Counted from the first letter of the stretch, positions 48,688-58,021 are shown. The stretch: 64,000 nucleotides of DNA from an uncultured Opitutales bacterium (GCA_964194865.1 CAXMOC010000141.1:8370-72369); one strand, 5' to 3'. Program-made: numbers and translations. The notes: generated by a model not told the origin, from the sequence alone.

Positions 48688-50607
48688 ATGATCACACTCT
48701 GGATCGTCCACCGCGATTCGCGAATGCGCTCGGCACTGGCCCGGGTAGCGGCAGCCCCCGAGAGCGCAATCTCGGGCCCTCCGGGGGATCCGCTGTTTCT
48801 GACGGCGCCCGCGGCGGACGTCGTGGTGTTGGGCCTGGCCGGCGATCTCGAGGCCGAGCTGGAGTTCGCACACCAGACCGCCTCCCGCCTGCGCGACGCC
48901 CGCTGGATCCTCGTGCCCGAGCGCCGCGACTCGGCGGCCGTGCAAGCGCTCTTCGACTCCATCGACGCGACGATCCTGAGCTATCCGCCCGACGCACGCA
49001 CGCTGCGCGCAGAGATCCACGCCACGGACCTGCGCGGTACCGGCGGACGCCTGGCCCTCTCGGAGCGGCCGTCGCGCGATCTACTCGCCGAGCGCTTCGC
49101 CCGTTGGTTCGCGGACCTCGAGCTACCCGAGTTAATGCGCGCCCTCGACCCGCGTCTGTGGGACGTGCCGTTGTTGATTGCCGGCGAAACGGGAACCGGG
49201 CGCGGCTTGATGGCCCAGTACGTTCACGTCTTCGGGCCCGGGGCAGCGGGCGAGCTCGCGCACGTCGTCTGCCAAGCCGGGATGTCGGCCGCCGACCTGG
49301 ATCGGGCGCTGAGCGAGGCAGCTCGAGAGGCAACAGCAGCGCGTACGGTCTGGTTGGAGGACGTCGATTCGCTTCCCCTCGCCAGCCAGCGGCGACTGGC
49401 GCGCTGGCTCGAGCTGGGCCCGCCGGCCGGAATGCGGCGGACGCGGATCGGACGCTGGATCGGAACGATTTCAGACGCCCCGGAGTTGGGCCCGCAAGGC
49501 AGCCTGGACCCGGGTCTGCGCGATCGCCTGAGCGGAATCTCTCTGCGAATCCCGCCGCTGCGCCAGCGCACCCAGCTGATCGCCCCGCTCGCCAACCAGA
49601 CCGCGCTGGCCTGGTGTAGCGCCCACCGAGAGCTACCGCGCCGCTTTGGAGAAGACGCGATCACGGTGCTCGAGGAGTATCCCTGGCCCGGCAACCTGCA
49701 AGAGTTCGAGGCGGTCGTGCTGCAGACGCTCGTCGCAGGCTCGGCCGACCCGATTCGCGCCGACGATCTTCAGTACGACGGGACGGCCTTCGCGCCCCTC
49801 GACGCCAACGCATTCGGCGTGTTGATCGACTCGGACGAGGCTGCGGCCAGCAATCCGGCGGCGGTACCCGCAACGGCGGTCGAACGCAGCGCAGATGCCG
49901 CGCAACCGGCCGAGACCGGCCGGCCCAAAGCCGCGCCCACGACAGCGCCGCTCCGGGACAGCCCCCTGCAGCCGTTGGCAGCCGCGATCGCTCACGAGGT
50001 GCGCAACCCACTTTCGACGATCCGGACCTTCGCCGAGCTGCTACCCGAACGCTACGACGATCCCGAATTCCGCTCTCGGTTCAGTGAGCTGGTCGGGCAG
50101 GATGCTCTGCGGATCGAATCCGTCGTGGCCCGACTGGTGGAGCTGGCAGCGCTCGGCCGCGAACCGCCGAGCCCCGTGGACATCTCGGCTCTGCTGGACG
50201 AGCTGCTCGACACGCATCGGGAGCTCATCCACAGCCGTGGCCTGCTGGTTCTCAGGGAGCTCGACGCGCAGCCCCCCCACGCCTTGGGCGACGCCGGACA
50301 GTTGGGCTTCGCGCTCGAGTCCTTGCTGGCCAGATCGCTGCGGCTCGCGCCGGAGGGGGGCGAGGTCTACATCGCTTCTCGGCATCACCGCACGGGCTTG
50401 CGCGGCGGACCGGCGATCCGGGTCCTGGTTCGCTTCGGTGAGCGAGGCCAGCTGGCGTCACGGCCGCGCGTAGCTGGTACCTCGGCGGCGGAGAACGCGA
50501 TGGAGTTCGCGATCGCTCAGGCGATCATTCGCGCCCAGGGCGGGAGCTTCGCGATCGACGCGGGGGAAGGGGGCGAGACGGTGGTACTGCTAGACATCCC
50601 CGCTTGA
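48688..50607 (+). CDS. Chimeric signalling protein: pseudo-receiver, degenerate sigma54-type AAA+, HisKA, degenerate HATPase
   Basis: GETGTGR, WLEDVD, IPPLRQR, YPWPGNLQE (AAA+); AHEVRNPL (H-box); N/G boxes eroded. Confidence 0.8.
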   Translation: MITLWIVHRDSRMRSALARVAAAPESAISGPPGDPLFLTAPAADVVVLGLAGDLEAELEFAHQTASRLRDARWILVPERRDSAAVQALFDSIDATILSYPPDARTLRAEIHATDLRGTGGRLALSERPSRDLLAERFARWFADLELPELMRALDPRLWDVPLLIAGETGTGRGLMAQYVHVFGPGAAGELAHVVCQAGMSAADLDRALSEAAREATAARTVWLEDVDSLPLASQRRLARWLELGPPAGMRRTRIGRWIGTISDAPELGPQGSLDPGLRDRLSGISLRIPPLRQRTQLIAPLANQTALAWCSAHRELPRRFGEDAITVLEEYPWPGNLQEFEAVVLQTLVAGSADPIRADDLQYDGTAFAPLDANAFGVLIDSDEAAASNPAAVPATAVERSADAAQPAETGRPKAAPTTAPLRDSPLQPLAAAIAHEVRNPLSTIRTFAELLPERYDDPEFRSRFSELVGQDALRIESVVARLVELAALGREPPSPVDISALLDELLDTHRELIHSRGLLVLRELDAQPPHALGDAGQLGFALESLLARSLRLAPEGGEVYIASRHHRTGLRGGPAIRVLVRFGERGQLASRPRVAGTSAAENAMEFAIAQAIIRAQGGSFAIDAGEGGETVVLLDIPA

Positions 50608-50632
50608 GCTCCGTCTGATAGTCTCCCGGCCA

Positions 50633-52009
50633 ATGGCCCGCCTGCTGGTGGTGGACGACGAGCCGGGCGTGCGCGAATCGCTGCGCATGCTCTTCAAGGA
50701 CGATTGCGAAGTCGTCACCGCCGCCTCGGTGGACGAGGCGACGCAGCTTCTCGCCAGCTCGCAGCCCGATCTGATGCTGCTGGATCTAGTGATGCCAGGC
50801 CGTGGCGGATTGGATCTCCTCGCCGACGTCTCCGAGCTGCTCGATCCCCCGCTGGTGGTGGTGCTGACGGCCACCCGGACGGTGGCCACCGCGGTGGAGG
50901 CCATGAAACGGGGCGCGGTCGATTACGTCACCAAGCCCTTCGAGGTGGAGGCACTGCGCCTCAAGGTTCGACAGCTGCTGGAACGGCGAGCACTCGAGCG
51001 CGAAGTCATCCAGCTGCGGGCCCAGGTGGACGACCGCGAGCGGCTGGGCGGGCTGGTCGGCCGCAGTCCACCGATGCAGCAGCTGTTTCACAAGATTCGT
51101 CGGGTCGCCAGCTCCAAGGCCACCGTCTTGCTCCGCGGCGAGAGCGGGAGCGGCAAGGAGCTGGCCGCCCGGGCCATCCACGACCTTGGCGACCGCGCCG
51201 ACGAAGCCTATGTGGCGGTCAATTGTGCTGCGATTCCCGACAACCTGATCGAGAGCGAGCTGTTCGGCCACGAGCGCGGAGCGTTCACGGATGCACGCGA
51301 GCGCAGGATCGGAAAGTTCGAGGCGGCCTCCGGCGGGACGCTTTTTCTCGACGAGGTCGGCGAGTTGGCGGTCTCCGTCCAGGCCAAGCTGCTGCGTGCC
51401 CTTCAAGAGCTGCAGATCGAGCGGCTGGGAGGATCCGCTCCGATCCAGGTGGATGTGCGCGTAATCGCCGCGACGAATCGCGATCTCGAGAGCGACGTAT
51501 CGAACGGCCGCTTTCGCTCCGACCTCTTCTACCGCATCAACGTGGTCCCGATCGAGCTGCCCTCCCTCGCTGCTAGGCGCGAAGACATCGCGCGGCTGGC
51601 GGACCATTTCCTGGCCCAAGCGCGCTCCCAGGCCAACCGCGGCCCCAGCAGCGTCTCTCGCGAGGCGATCACCCTGCTGGAGCGCTACTCCTGGCCCGGC
51701 AACGTCCGCGAGCTGGAGAACGCCATCGAGCACGGCGTCGCCCTCGCGGAGGGCGAGGTACTCGGCATCGACGACCTGCCTCCCGCAATCGCTCGCGCGG
51801 GAGCCGTAGAGACCCTGCGCGACGCGGTTCGGGCGGGCAGCCTGGGCTTCGAGGAGGCGGTGGGCAACTTCGAGCGCCAGCTGATCGTGGAGACCCTCGA
51901 ACGCTGCGACTGGAACCAAACCCGCGCGGCCGAGCAGCTGCAAACCACTCGGCGCGCCTTGAAGCTCAAAATGGACCGCTACAGCCTCGGTAAGCCCGGC
52001 GAAGACTAG
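50633..52009 (+). CDS. NtrC-family sigma54-dependent response regulator
   Basis: REC LVVDDE...[44 protein letters not shown], Fis-type HTH NQTRAA. Confidence 0.95.
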   Translation: MARLLVVDDEPGVRESLRMLFKDDCEVVTAASVDEATQLLASSQPDLMLLDLVMPGRGGLDLLADVSELLDPPLVVVLTATRTVATAVEAMKRGAVDYVTKPFEVEALRLKVRQLLERRALEREVIQLRAQVDDRERLGGLVGRSPPMQQLFHKIRRVASSKATVLLRGESGSGKELAARAIHDLGDRADEAYVAVNCAAIPDNLIESELFGHERGAFTDARERRIGKFEAASGGTLFLDEVGELAVSVQAKLLRALQELQIERLGGSAPIQVDVRVIAATNRDLESDVSNGRFRSDLFYRINVVPIELPSLAARREDIARLADHFLAQARSQANRGPSSVSREAITLLERYSWPGNVRELENAIEHGVALAEGEVLGIDDLPPAIARAGAVETLRDAVRAGSLGFEEAVGNFERQLIVETLERCDWNQTRAAEQLQTTRRALKLKMDRYSLGKPGED

Positions 52010-52040
52010 ACCCCGTCTGAGCGCCGTCCGCCCGAGCTGG

Positions 52041-52124
52041 GTGTTCTCATTCGAACACTAAAATTTATCTAACTAAATCAAACAAATAGATCGATAATTG
52101 CGTATCGACGTTCCATTCGGAACG
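52041..52124. promoter_or_regulatory. Palindromic candidate enhancer sites flanking an AT-rich tract
   Basis: GTGTTC-N6-GAACAC (52041-52058), TCGATA-N6-TATCGA (52091-52108), CGTTC-N6-GAACG (52109-52124). Confidence 0.55.
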
Positions 52125-52182
52125 AATCTGCATCGCTGCCGGTCCGTCACCAGAGTCAGCGCCTTCTCTGATTCTAAAGCAA

Positions 52183-52195
52183 TTTCAAGTGGTTA
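52183..52195 (+). promoter_or_regulatory. IHF-like binding site
   Basis: TTTCAAGTGGTTA, one mismatch to WATCAA-N4-TTR, between the enhancer sites and the sigma54 promoter. Confidence 0.45.
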
Positions 52196-52222
52196 CACGC
52201 CTGAGCCAGCTCCGGGCGGAGC

Positions 52223-52237
52223 TGGCACGTCACTTGC
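52223..52237 (+). promoter_or_regulatory. sigma54 (-24/-12) promoter
   Basis: TGGCACG-TCAC-TTGC matches consensus, ~45 nt upstream of the HD-GYP GTG. Confidence 0.82.
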
Positions 52238-52280
52238 GATGACAGGGCGGCTGAAGGCCGACGGATTCGGGGGGGATCCA

Positions 52281-53483
52281 GTGAGTTACGGAGAAACCAA
52301 GATCTTGATCGTGGACGACGAGCAGGGGCCGCGCGACTCGCTGCGGATGATCCTCTCCCCGGAGCATCACGTACTCCAGGCGAGCAGCGGAATCGAGGCC
52401 ATCGAGTGCTTGAGACGCGAGCCGGTAGATCTGATGACATTGGATCTGCACATGCCCGGAATGAACGGCCAGCAGCTGCTGCGGACCGTGCGAAACGAGT
52501 TCCCCCAGGTCGAGATCGTCATCATCACCGGCTGTGGATCGGTGGAGAGCGCCGCCGAAGGCATTCGATTCGGCGTCTGTGACTATCTCCAGAAGCCCTT
52601 CGACGTGGTCCAGGTCAGCGCGGCCGTCGAGCGTGCGCTCGCCCGCCAGCGGGCGCGGGGGCGCCTGACCTCCTTCCTGGAACAGCTCGGTGAGGCGGTG
52701 GGCCGCGAACGCGACGCCTTGGCGATTCTCGACGACGTTCATCGCAGCGGCAAGGTTCGCGCGCGGGTCAGCGGGCTGTTCGAGGAGTGCGGCGGGCGCG
52801 CGGAGCTGTCGACCGGGGCGCTCGATCGTCCCCGCACCAGCGAGTTTCTCGAAGTGCTGGCAGAGACCATCGAGATCAAGGATCGCTACATGCGCGGGCA
52901 CGCTCGGCGGGTGGCGTTCTACGCCAGCCTGATGGCCGAGCGCTTGTCGCTCGCCTCCGAGGAGCTCGAATCCGTCCGCTTCGCGGCGTTTCTTCACGAC
53001 CTGGGCAAGGTGGGTGTTCCGACGGACCTGCTGCTGCGAGCTGGAGCGCTCGACCCGAGCGAGCGCAGCCTGGTGGAGCAACATCCCGAGATCGGCCAAC
53101 GGCTGCTCGAGCCCCTCGCCATTCCCTCGGCGATTTCGTCGGCGGTCCGACACCACCACGAGTGGTGGGACGGAACCGGTTATCCGGATGGACTCTCGGG
53201 CGAGAAGATCCCCCTGGCCGCGCGGATCATCGGCGTGGTCGACGCCTTCGACGCCATGAGCTCGGACCGGCCTTATCGCCGGGCGCTGGATCGCGCGCTG
53301 GTCAGCGACGAGCTGCGGCGTTTCAGCGGCATCCAGTTCGATCCTGTCATCGCGAAGGAGTTTCTCAGCGTGCTCGAATCGGGCGCGTGTGACGTCGATC
53401 CCGAAACCGTGGCGGACGCAGTCGCAGATGTGCGCAGCCCCGCCCCCTCGAACCGCCCCGCGGCGGGCATAGGAGTTGGATGA
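52281..53483 (+). CDS. Response regulator with HD-GYP phosphodiesterase domain
   Basis: REC ILIVDDE...LDLHMP...QKPF; GHARRV, HDLGK, HHEWWDGTGYPDGL, DAFDAM, RPYR; GTG start downstream of the promoter. Confidence 0.93.
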   Translation: MSYGETKILIVDDEQGPRDSLRMILSPEHHVLQASSGIEAIECLRREPVDLMTLDLHMPGMNGQQLLRTVRNEFPQVEIVIITGCGSVESAAEGIRFGVCDYLQKPFDVVQVSAAVERALARQRARGRLTSFLEQLGEAVGRERDALAILDDVHRSGKVRARVSGLFEECGGRAELSTGALDRPRTSEFLEVLAETIEIKDRYMRGHARRVAFYASLMAERLSLASEELESVRFAAFLHDLGKVGVPTDLLLRAGALDPSERSLVEQHPEIGQRLLEPLAIPSAISSAVRHHHEWWDGTGYPDGLSGEKIPLAARIIGVVDAFDAMSSDRPYRRALDRALVSDELRRFSGIQFDPVIAKEFLSVLESGACDVDPETVADAVADVRSPAPSNRPAAGIGVG

Positions 53484-53884
53484 TGGCTAGCGCGTTGAAG
53501 GTCGATTCGAATCACAGGGGACTCACTGAGCCGCGCCTGGCCCCGGCATTCTCGACGATCCGCCGAGAGCCCCGGACCAACGAGGTGCGAAGCGCCGAGT
53601 ACACGCCCTTCCCGCGAGTCTCCAGCGACCAGAATCCCCGACTGGGATTTACCCGCGACATATCCGCCTTGGGGATGTGTCTGGGCGTCGACAGGCCCGA
53701 GCCGATCGGCTCGCTGCTGCGCGTCGAGGTTCGTCGGATCGATGGGGCATCGATGGGAGCGACCGTCGGCCGCGTGGTGTGGTGCTCGTCCGCCCATGCC
53801 GGCCGCTTCTGGCTGGGGCTCGACCTGATGTGCGAGATCAACGCCCCGCGCATCGGCGTCCGGGCATCCGCCAGCGAGACCTAG
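53480..53884 (+). CDS. PilZ domain protein
   Basis: RxxxR (RREPR) and DxSxxG (DISALG) motifs, GRVVW...GL; overlaps the HD-GYP stop. Confidence 0.8.
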   Translation: MMASALKVDSNHRGLTEPRLAPAFSTIRREPRTNEVRSAEYTPFPRVSSDQNPRLGFTRDISALGMCLGVDRPEPIGSLLRVEVRRIDGASMGATVGRVVWCSSAHAGRFWLGLDLMCEINAPRIGVRASASET

Positions 53885-53910
53885 GGACAGCTTTTCAACC
53901 CGGGGGGGTA

Positions 53911-53956
53911 GCCTGCGGGGAGGTCTTCGGCGTGGCTTCGAAGGCCCCCCGCAGGC
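53911..53956. other. GC-rich stem-loop between pilZ and tat genes
   Basis: GCCTGCGGGG...CCCCGCAGGC perfect 10-bp arms plus inner pairing; no U-tract. Confidence 0.5.
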
Positions 53957-54001
53957 ATCATGGGTGACTGCTAGCGTTCCCAAGAACCTCGCGGGGCCCC
54001 C

Positions 54002-54265
54002 ATGTTTGGCATCGGGATGACAGAGCTATTGATTGTCCTGGTGGTCGGACTCCTTGTGATCGGGCCCAAGAAGCTGCCGGAGCTCGCCCGCACCCTGGGG
54101 CGCGGGCTCGCTGAGTTCCGCCGCGCGTCTACCGAGATGCGTCGCGAATTTCTCGATGTAGCCGAGTCGACACGGATCGATCCGCCCGCGGAGGATCCGC
54201 CCGCGGAGAGTCCGCCTGCGAAGGGCGAACCCGGCGACGAGACCTCGGGCTCCGACCTTGGATGA
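54002..54265 (+). CDS. tatB: Twin-arginine translocase TatA/TatB family subunit (TatB-like)
   Basis: MFGIGMTELLIVLVVGLLVIGPKKLPELARTLG; upstream of tatC. Confidence 0.85.
   Translation: MFGIGMTELLIVLVVGLLVIGPKKLPELARTLGRGLAEFRRASTEMRREFLDVAESTRIDPPAEDPPAESPPAKGEPGDETSGSDLG
54179..54223 (+). repeat. 15-bp tandem repeat x3 in the tatB tail (DPPAE DPPAE SPPAK)
   Basis: gatccgcccgcggag twice exact plus one degenerate copy. Confidence 0.8.
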
Positions 54266-55013
54266 CGAGAGGCTCCCGCTCACCTCGCACCTGAGCGAGC
54301 TGAGAACCCGCATCTTTCGCATCCTCGGCGCCTGGATCGTGGGTGCGCTAGTGGCCTGGAACTTCAGCGAGCCCATCTTCGCCTACCTGCTCGAGCCGGC
54401 GGTGGCCGCCTTGGGGCCGGGCGAGCAGACACTCCAGGCCATCGCACCCACCGAGATCTTCTTCACCTATCTCAAGTGCGCGGCGCTCGCCGGATTCGTC
54501 CTCGCGCTACCCGTGATCTTCTGGCAGATCTGGTCCTTTGTGGCGCCGGGTCTGTACGCGACCGAGAAGAACGCCATCATTCCGTTCGTGACCGTCTCGA
54601 CCCTGCTCTTCAGCGGGGGCGCGTTCTTCGGTCACACGATCGTCTTTCCGCTGATGTTCCAGTTCTTCACTCAGTTCGACAGCCAGTTCGTCGAGTCCGC
54701 CTGGACGATGCGGGAAGTCTTCAATCTCACCACCCGCCTGTTCCTCGCTTTCGGCGTTGCATTCGAGCTTCCCGTAGCCGTCTTCTTCCTCTCGATCGCC
54801 GGCATCGTCGACGCCCCCACCCTACTCCGGGGAACTCCCTACGCCGTTCTGGCCGTGTTCGTCACTGCGGCGATCCTGACTCCGCCAGACTGGGTCAGTC
54901 AGATCTTCCTCGCCGTCCCAATGGTCGGCCTCTACCTGCTAGGCGTCGGTGTCGCTTACCTCTTCAGTGCAACTCGCTCCCGCAAATCCACTCGCAAGGA
55001 AGCCACCCGCTAG
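54258..55013 (+). CDS. tatC: Twin-arginine translocase TatC
   Basis: HLSELRTR, PTEIFFTYLK, FVAPGLY, FGVAFELP, LTPPD. Confidence 0.95.
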   Translation: MDDERLPLTSHLSELRTRIFRILGAWIVGALVAWNFSEPIFAYLLEPAVAALGPGEQTLQAIAPTEIFFTYLKCAALAGFVLALPVIFWQIWSFVAPGLYATEKNAIIPFVTVSTLLFSGGAFFGHTIVFPLMFQFFTQFDSQFVESAWTMREVFNLTTRLFLAFGVAFELPVAVFFLSIAGIVDAPTLLRGTPYAVLAVFVTAAILTPPDWVSQIFLAVPMVGLYLLGVGVAYLFSATRSRKSTRKEATR

Positions 55014-55205
55014 CTCCCGCCCCGCCCTGTCCTCGCCGCAAAGACCCTGGGTCTTGCCCTCTACCGCCAAGCAACAGGCCTCGCCCAACACCTCACATTC
55101 GACATCTTCCACCCCCTCCCAACCGAGTTCTCACTCGAAGAAATCGACACTCTCGACGATCTCGCCACCGAACTCTTCGCGGTTTGAACACCGCATAACA
55201 CCGAC

Positions 55206-55362
55206 CGCGAGCCGGCCCTGGGTGGAGGTGGGAAGGAACTCAGCGCAGCGAGGAAACGAGGCTCCGTAACCTCACGGCTCCGTGTTCCCCCGAAGCACCA
55301 TCGCGGCCACCAAAGTCCCACGCGAGCCATTCCGCCCCACCTCCACCCAGGGCCGGCTCGCG
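55206..55362. repeat. 157-bp element bounded by perfect 27-bp inverted repeats (MITE/REP-like)
   Basis: cgcgagccggccctgggtggaggtggg at 55206-55232; exact reverse complement at 55336-55362. Confidence 0.8.
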
Positions 55363-55377
55363 CGCGCTACCTCGCAC

Positions 55378-56334
55378 CTAAATCCGAGCCAACCGCTCCA
55401 CGATCGCATTCTCCGCCGCCACCGAGTCGACCCGCATCGCCACCCGCATCTCGGCGCCAATCCCCACATCGGAAGCCACTTCCAGTGTGCGCAGCACGCC
55501 GCTCTCGATGGTGGGAACCACGCGCAGCTGTTCGAAGCCGAGACAGCGGTCGTCGATCAGGGCGAGCACGGTCAGCGGGTCGTGTAGAAAGGCCGCGTTG
55601 TCGTCGGCAAGCGTCCCCCCGAGCCCCGTGAAGATGCGCCGCTGCACCGGCTCCCAGACCCTGACCTGATCCGCCAGCACCCGCGCCACGGGTCCCGCAG
55701 CGTCCAGCTCCTCGAGTCGCGAGCTGCGCAGCCAGGTTGCCAGCGTCACATCGGCCGGGATCAAGGTGGTTCGGAAACCCGCACCCAGAACCGCCACCGA
55801 GGCTTCTGGATCCGAACAGAGGTTGTAATCGATGCCGGGCGCGCACAGGTGATCGCCGAGCCGAACCTCGCGCAGATGGCCGCCCATGATCGTGATCCCA
55901 GCCACCCGCCCTGGCAGCTTGGAGTCGAGCGCGAGGGCGCGCGCCAGATTGGTCATAGGGCCGACGAGCACGATCTCAAGGCCCTCGACCTCCCTGGCCG
56001 CGCGAACGATGCGCTCGGGGCCAGGTTCGTCGAGGAGCTTCGCGGTCGAACCGTCCACCACACAGTCGGCCTCATGGCCGAACGCGCCGAAGCGGCGCGC
56101 CCCGCGCAGCAGAGGTTTGCGCTCGCCAGCACAGACCTCCACCTCGGAACGGCCGGCCAGGCCGAGTAGTCCGGCTGCGATTCGCGCTCGCAGCTGTGTA
56201 TCGCCGGCAACCGTCGTCACCGCGGCCAGCTCCAACTCCTCGGGTGAGGCGAGGATCAGGCCCAAGGCGAGAGCGTCGTCGACATCGCTTCCGATGTCCG
56301 TGTCGAACAAGATCTGGCGCCGGGCCTCAGCCAT
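55378..56334 (-). CDS. Nucleoside hydrolase (IUNH family)
   Basis: DTDIGSDVDDALAL, GPMTNLA, MGG, YNLCSDPEA, LHDPL. Confidence 0.9.
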   Translation of the reverse strand: MAEARRQILFDTDIGSDVDDALALGLILASPEELELAAVTTVAGDTQLRARIAAGLLGLAGRSEVEVCAGERKPLLRGARRFGAFGHEADCVVDGSTAKLLDEPGPERIVRAAREVEGLEIVLVGPMTNLARALALDSKLPGRVAGITIMGGHLREVRLGDHLCAPGIDYNLCSDPEASVAVLGAGFRTTLIPADVTLATWLRSSRLEELDAAGPVARVLADQVRVWEPVQRRIFTGLGGTLADDNAAFLHDPLTVLALIDDRCLGFEQLRVVPTIESGVLRTLEVASDVGIGAEMRVAMRVDSVAAENAIVERLARI

Positions 56335-58021
56335 CGGTCTTGGCTCGAACCTGGAATCGACGGGCGAGTCCGTCGAGGATCACGTCGAAGCGCGCTCCTT
56401 TGGAGCTTACGAGCGCTTCATACTGGCGCCCTTCGACGATTACCGAAAGGCTCTCGGTTTCACCGGCTGTGTCGAATCGCGCGGTCCGGTCCTGGGTCGA
56501 TATCTCATAGCCGGTGGAAACCCTGCGAATAGTGAGCTTGGCCGCCTCACTCCCTTTTGCGACGACTTCATATTCGGCAGCAGGCACATCGTCCACGTCC
56601 GTCGGATTCGCCTGGCGGTAGACGGCGATCGCGGCGACGCCGGCGGCGATGAAACCGGACGCCTCCCCAGAGGCGGCCTCGTCTGAACCCAGCTCTGCCG
56701 CGACGAAGTCGGTGCGGTAGCTGCCAGCGACGAAAGCCGGCGACCCCACGACCCGGCGGTGGAAGGGAATGGTCGTCGCGATGCCCTGCACCGCGAACTC
56801 GCGGAGCGCGCCGCCCAGCCGCGCAATCGCCTCTTCTCGATCCACCCCCCAACAGATGAGCTTGGCCACCAGGGGGTCGTAGTGGGTCGAGATCGAATCT
56901 CCTTGGGCGACGCCGCTGTCGACGCGCACACCGAAGCCCCCCGGCGGTCGATAGACCCCGACACGTCCCGGTGACGGGGCGAAGCCCCTGGCCGGATCTT
57001 CCGCGTAGATGCGGGCTTCGATCGCGTGGCCCCGAATTACCACGTCTTCCTGGGCAATCGACAGGGGCTCCCCGGCGGCGATGAGAATCATCTGCTTCAC
57101 CAGGTCGATGCCCGTCACGGCCTCGGTGACCGCGTGCTCGACCTGAATCCGCGTGTTCATCTCGAGGAAGTAGAATTCGCCCCTCTCATCCACCAGGAAT
57201 TCGCAGGTCCCGGCGCCGCGGTAACCGATCGATTCGGCCGCCGTCAGCGCGGCTCGTCCCATCGCCTCGCGCAGCTCGGCGCCCACACGGTTGGCGGGGG
57301 CCTCCTCGAGCAGCTTCTGGTGGCGGCGCTGGATAGAGCACTCGCGTTCTCCGAGGTGGACCGTATTGCCATGGGCGTCCGCGAGAATCTGAACCTCGAT
57401 GTGACGCGGCGCCTCCATGACCTTCTCGAAGTAGATCGCATCGTCCCCGAAAGCGGATTTCGACTCGCCACGCACGCGCTCCAGAGCCTTGGGAAGCTCC
57501 GCGGGGGAGCGGACCAGCCGCATTCCCTTGCCACCACCGCCCGCACTCGCCTTGACCATCACGGGGTATCCGATCTGCTCCGCCCAGCGCTCCGCCTCGG
57601 CGTCCGATTTGATCTCGACGCTACCGGGCACGACCGCAACGCCGGCCGCATCCATCAGGCGTCGCGCGCCGAGCTTGGTTCCCATGGCGCGGATCGCGTC
57701 GGAACCGGGGCCGATGAACACGATTCCCGCGGCTTCGCACCGGTCGGCGAAATCCGCATCTTCCGCGAGGAATCCGTAGCCGGGATGAATCGCCTCGGCG
57801 CCGGCCCGCCTGGCGATCTCGACGATCGACTCGCCCCGCAGATAGGAATCTCGGGCCGGAGAAGGCCCGCAGAGATGCGCTTCGTCCGCGAGCCGGACGT
57901 GCAAGGCGGCGCGATCGGCCTCGGAATAGATGGCGACGGTCGGGATCGAGAGCTCACGACAGGCGCGAATCACGCGGACCGCAATCTCGCCCCGGTTCGC
58001 AATCAGGACCTTCCGGAACAC
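56327..58021 (-). CDS. Biotin carboxylase (AccC/PccA-like) without a biotinyl domain
   Basis: LIANRGEIA, HPGYGFL, GGGGKGMR, ECSIQRRHQK, EMNTRIQVEH; no AMKM motif. Confidence 0.92.
   Translation of the reverse strand: MFRKVLIANRGEIAVRVIRACRELSIPTVAIYSEADRAALHVRLADEAHLCGPSPARDSYLRGESIVEIARRAGAEAIHPGYGFLAEDADFADRCEAAGIVFIGPGSDAIRAMGTKLGARRLMDAAGVAVVPGSVEIKSDAEAERWAEQIGYPVMVKASAGGGGKGMRLVRSPAELPKALERVRGESKSAFGDDAIYFEKVMEAPRHIEVQILADAHGNTVHLGERECSIQRRHQKLLEEAPANRVGAELREAMGRAALTAAESIGYRGAGTCEFLVDERGEFYFLEMNTRIQVEHAVTEAVTGIDLVKQMILIAAGEPLSIAQEDVVIRGHAIEARIYAEDPARGFAPSPGRVGVYRPPGGFGVRVDSGVAQGDSISTHYDPLVAKLICWGVDREEAIARLGGALREFAVQGIATTIPFHRRVVGSPAFVAGSYRTDFVAAELGSDEAASGEASGFIAAGVAAIAVYRQANPTDVDDVPAAEYEVVAKGSEAAKLTIRRVSTGYEISTQDRTARFDTAGETESLSVIVEGRQYEALVSSKGARFDVILDGLARRFQVRAKTDG

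Noticed and set aside
50633..52009. GAFTDA instead of GAFTGA as a sign of an inactive activator
   Set aside because: The key Phe-Thr and all Walker motifs are intact; this is a commonly seen natural variant
53911..53956. Intrinsic terminator after pilZ
   Set aside because: A stem is present but there is no U-tract on either strand; kept only as a stem-loop
54179..54223. Short repeats as a CRISPR array
   Set aside because: In-frame coding tandem repeat with no spacers; no cas genes or repeat-spacer arrays seen in the window
55206..55362. SRP (4.5S) RNA, because of GGAAGGAA in a long hairpin
   Set aside because: The motif sits next to the terminal stem rather than at the apical loop, and the CAGG/AGCAG internal-loop context is missing
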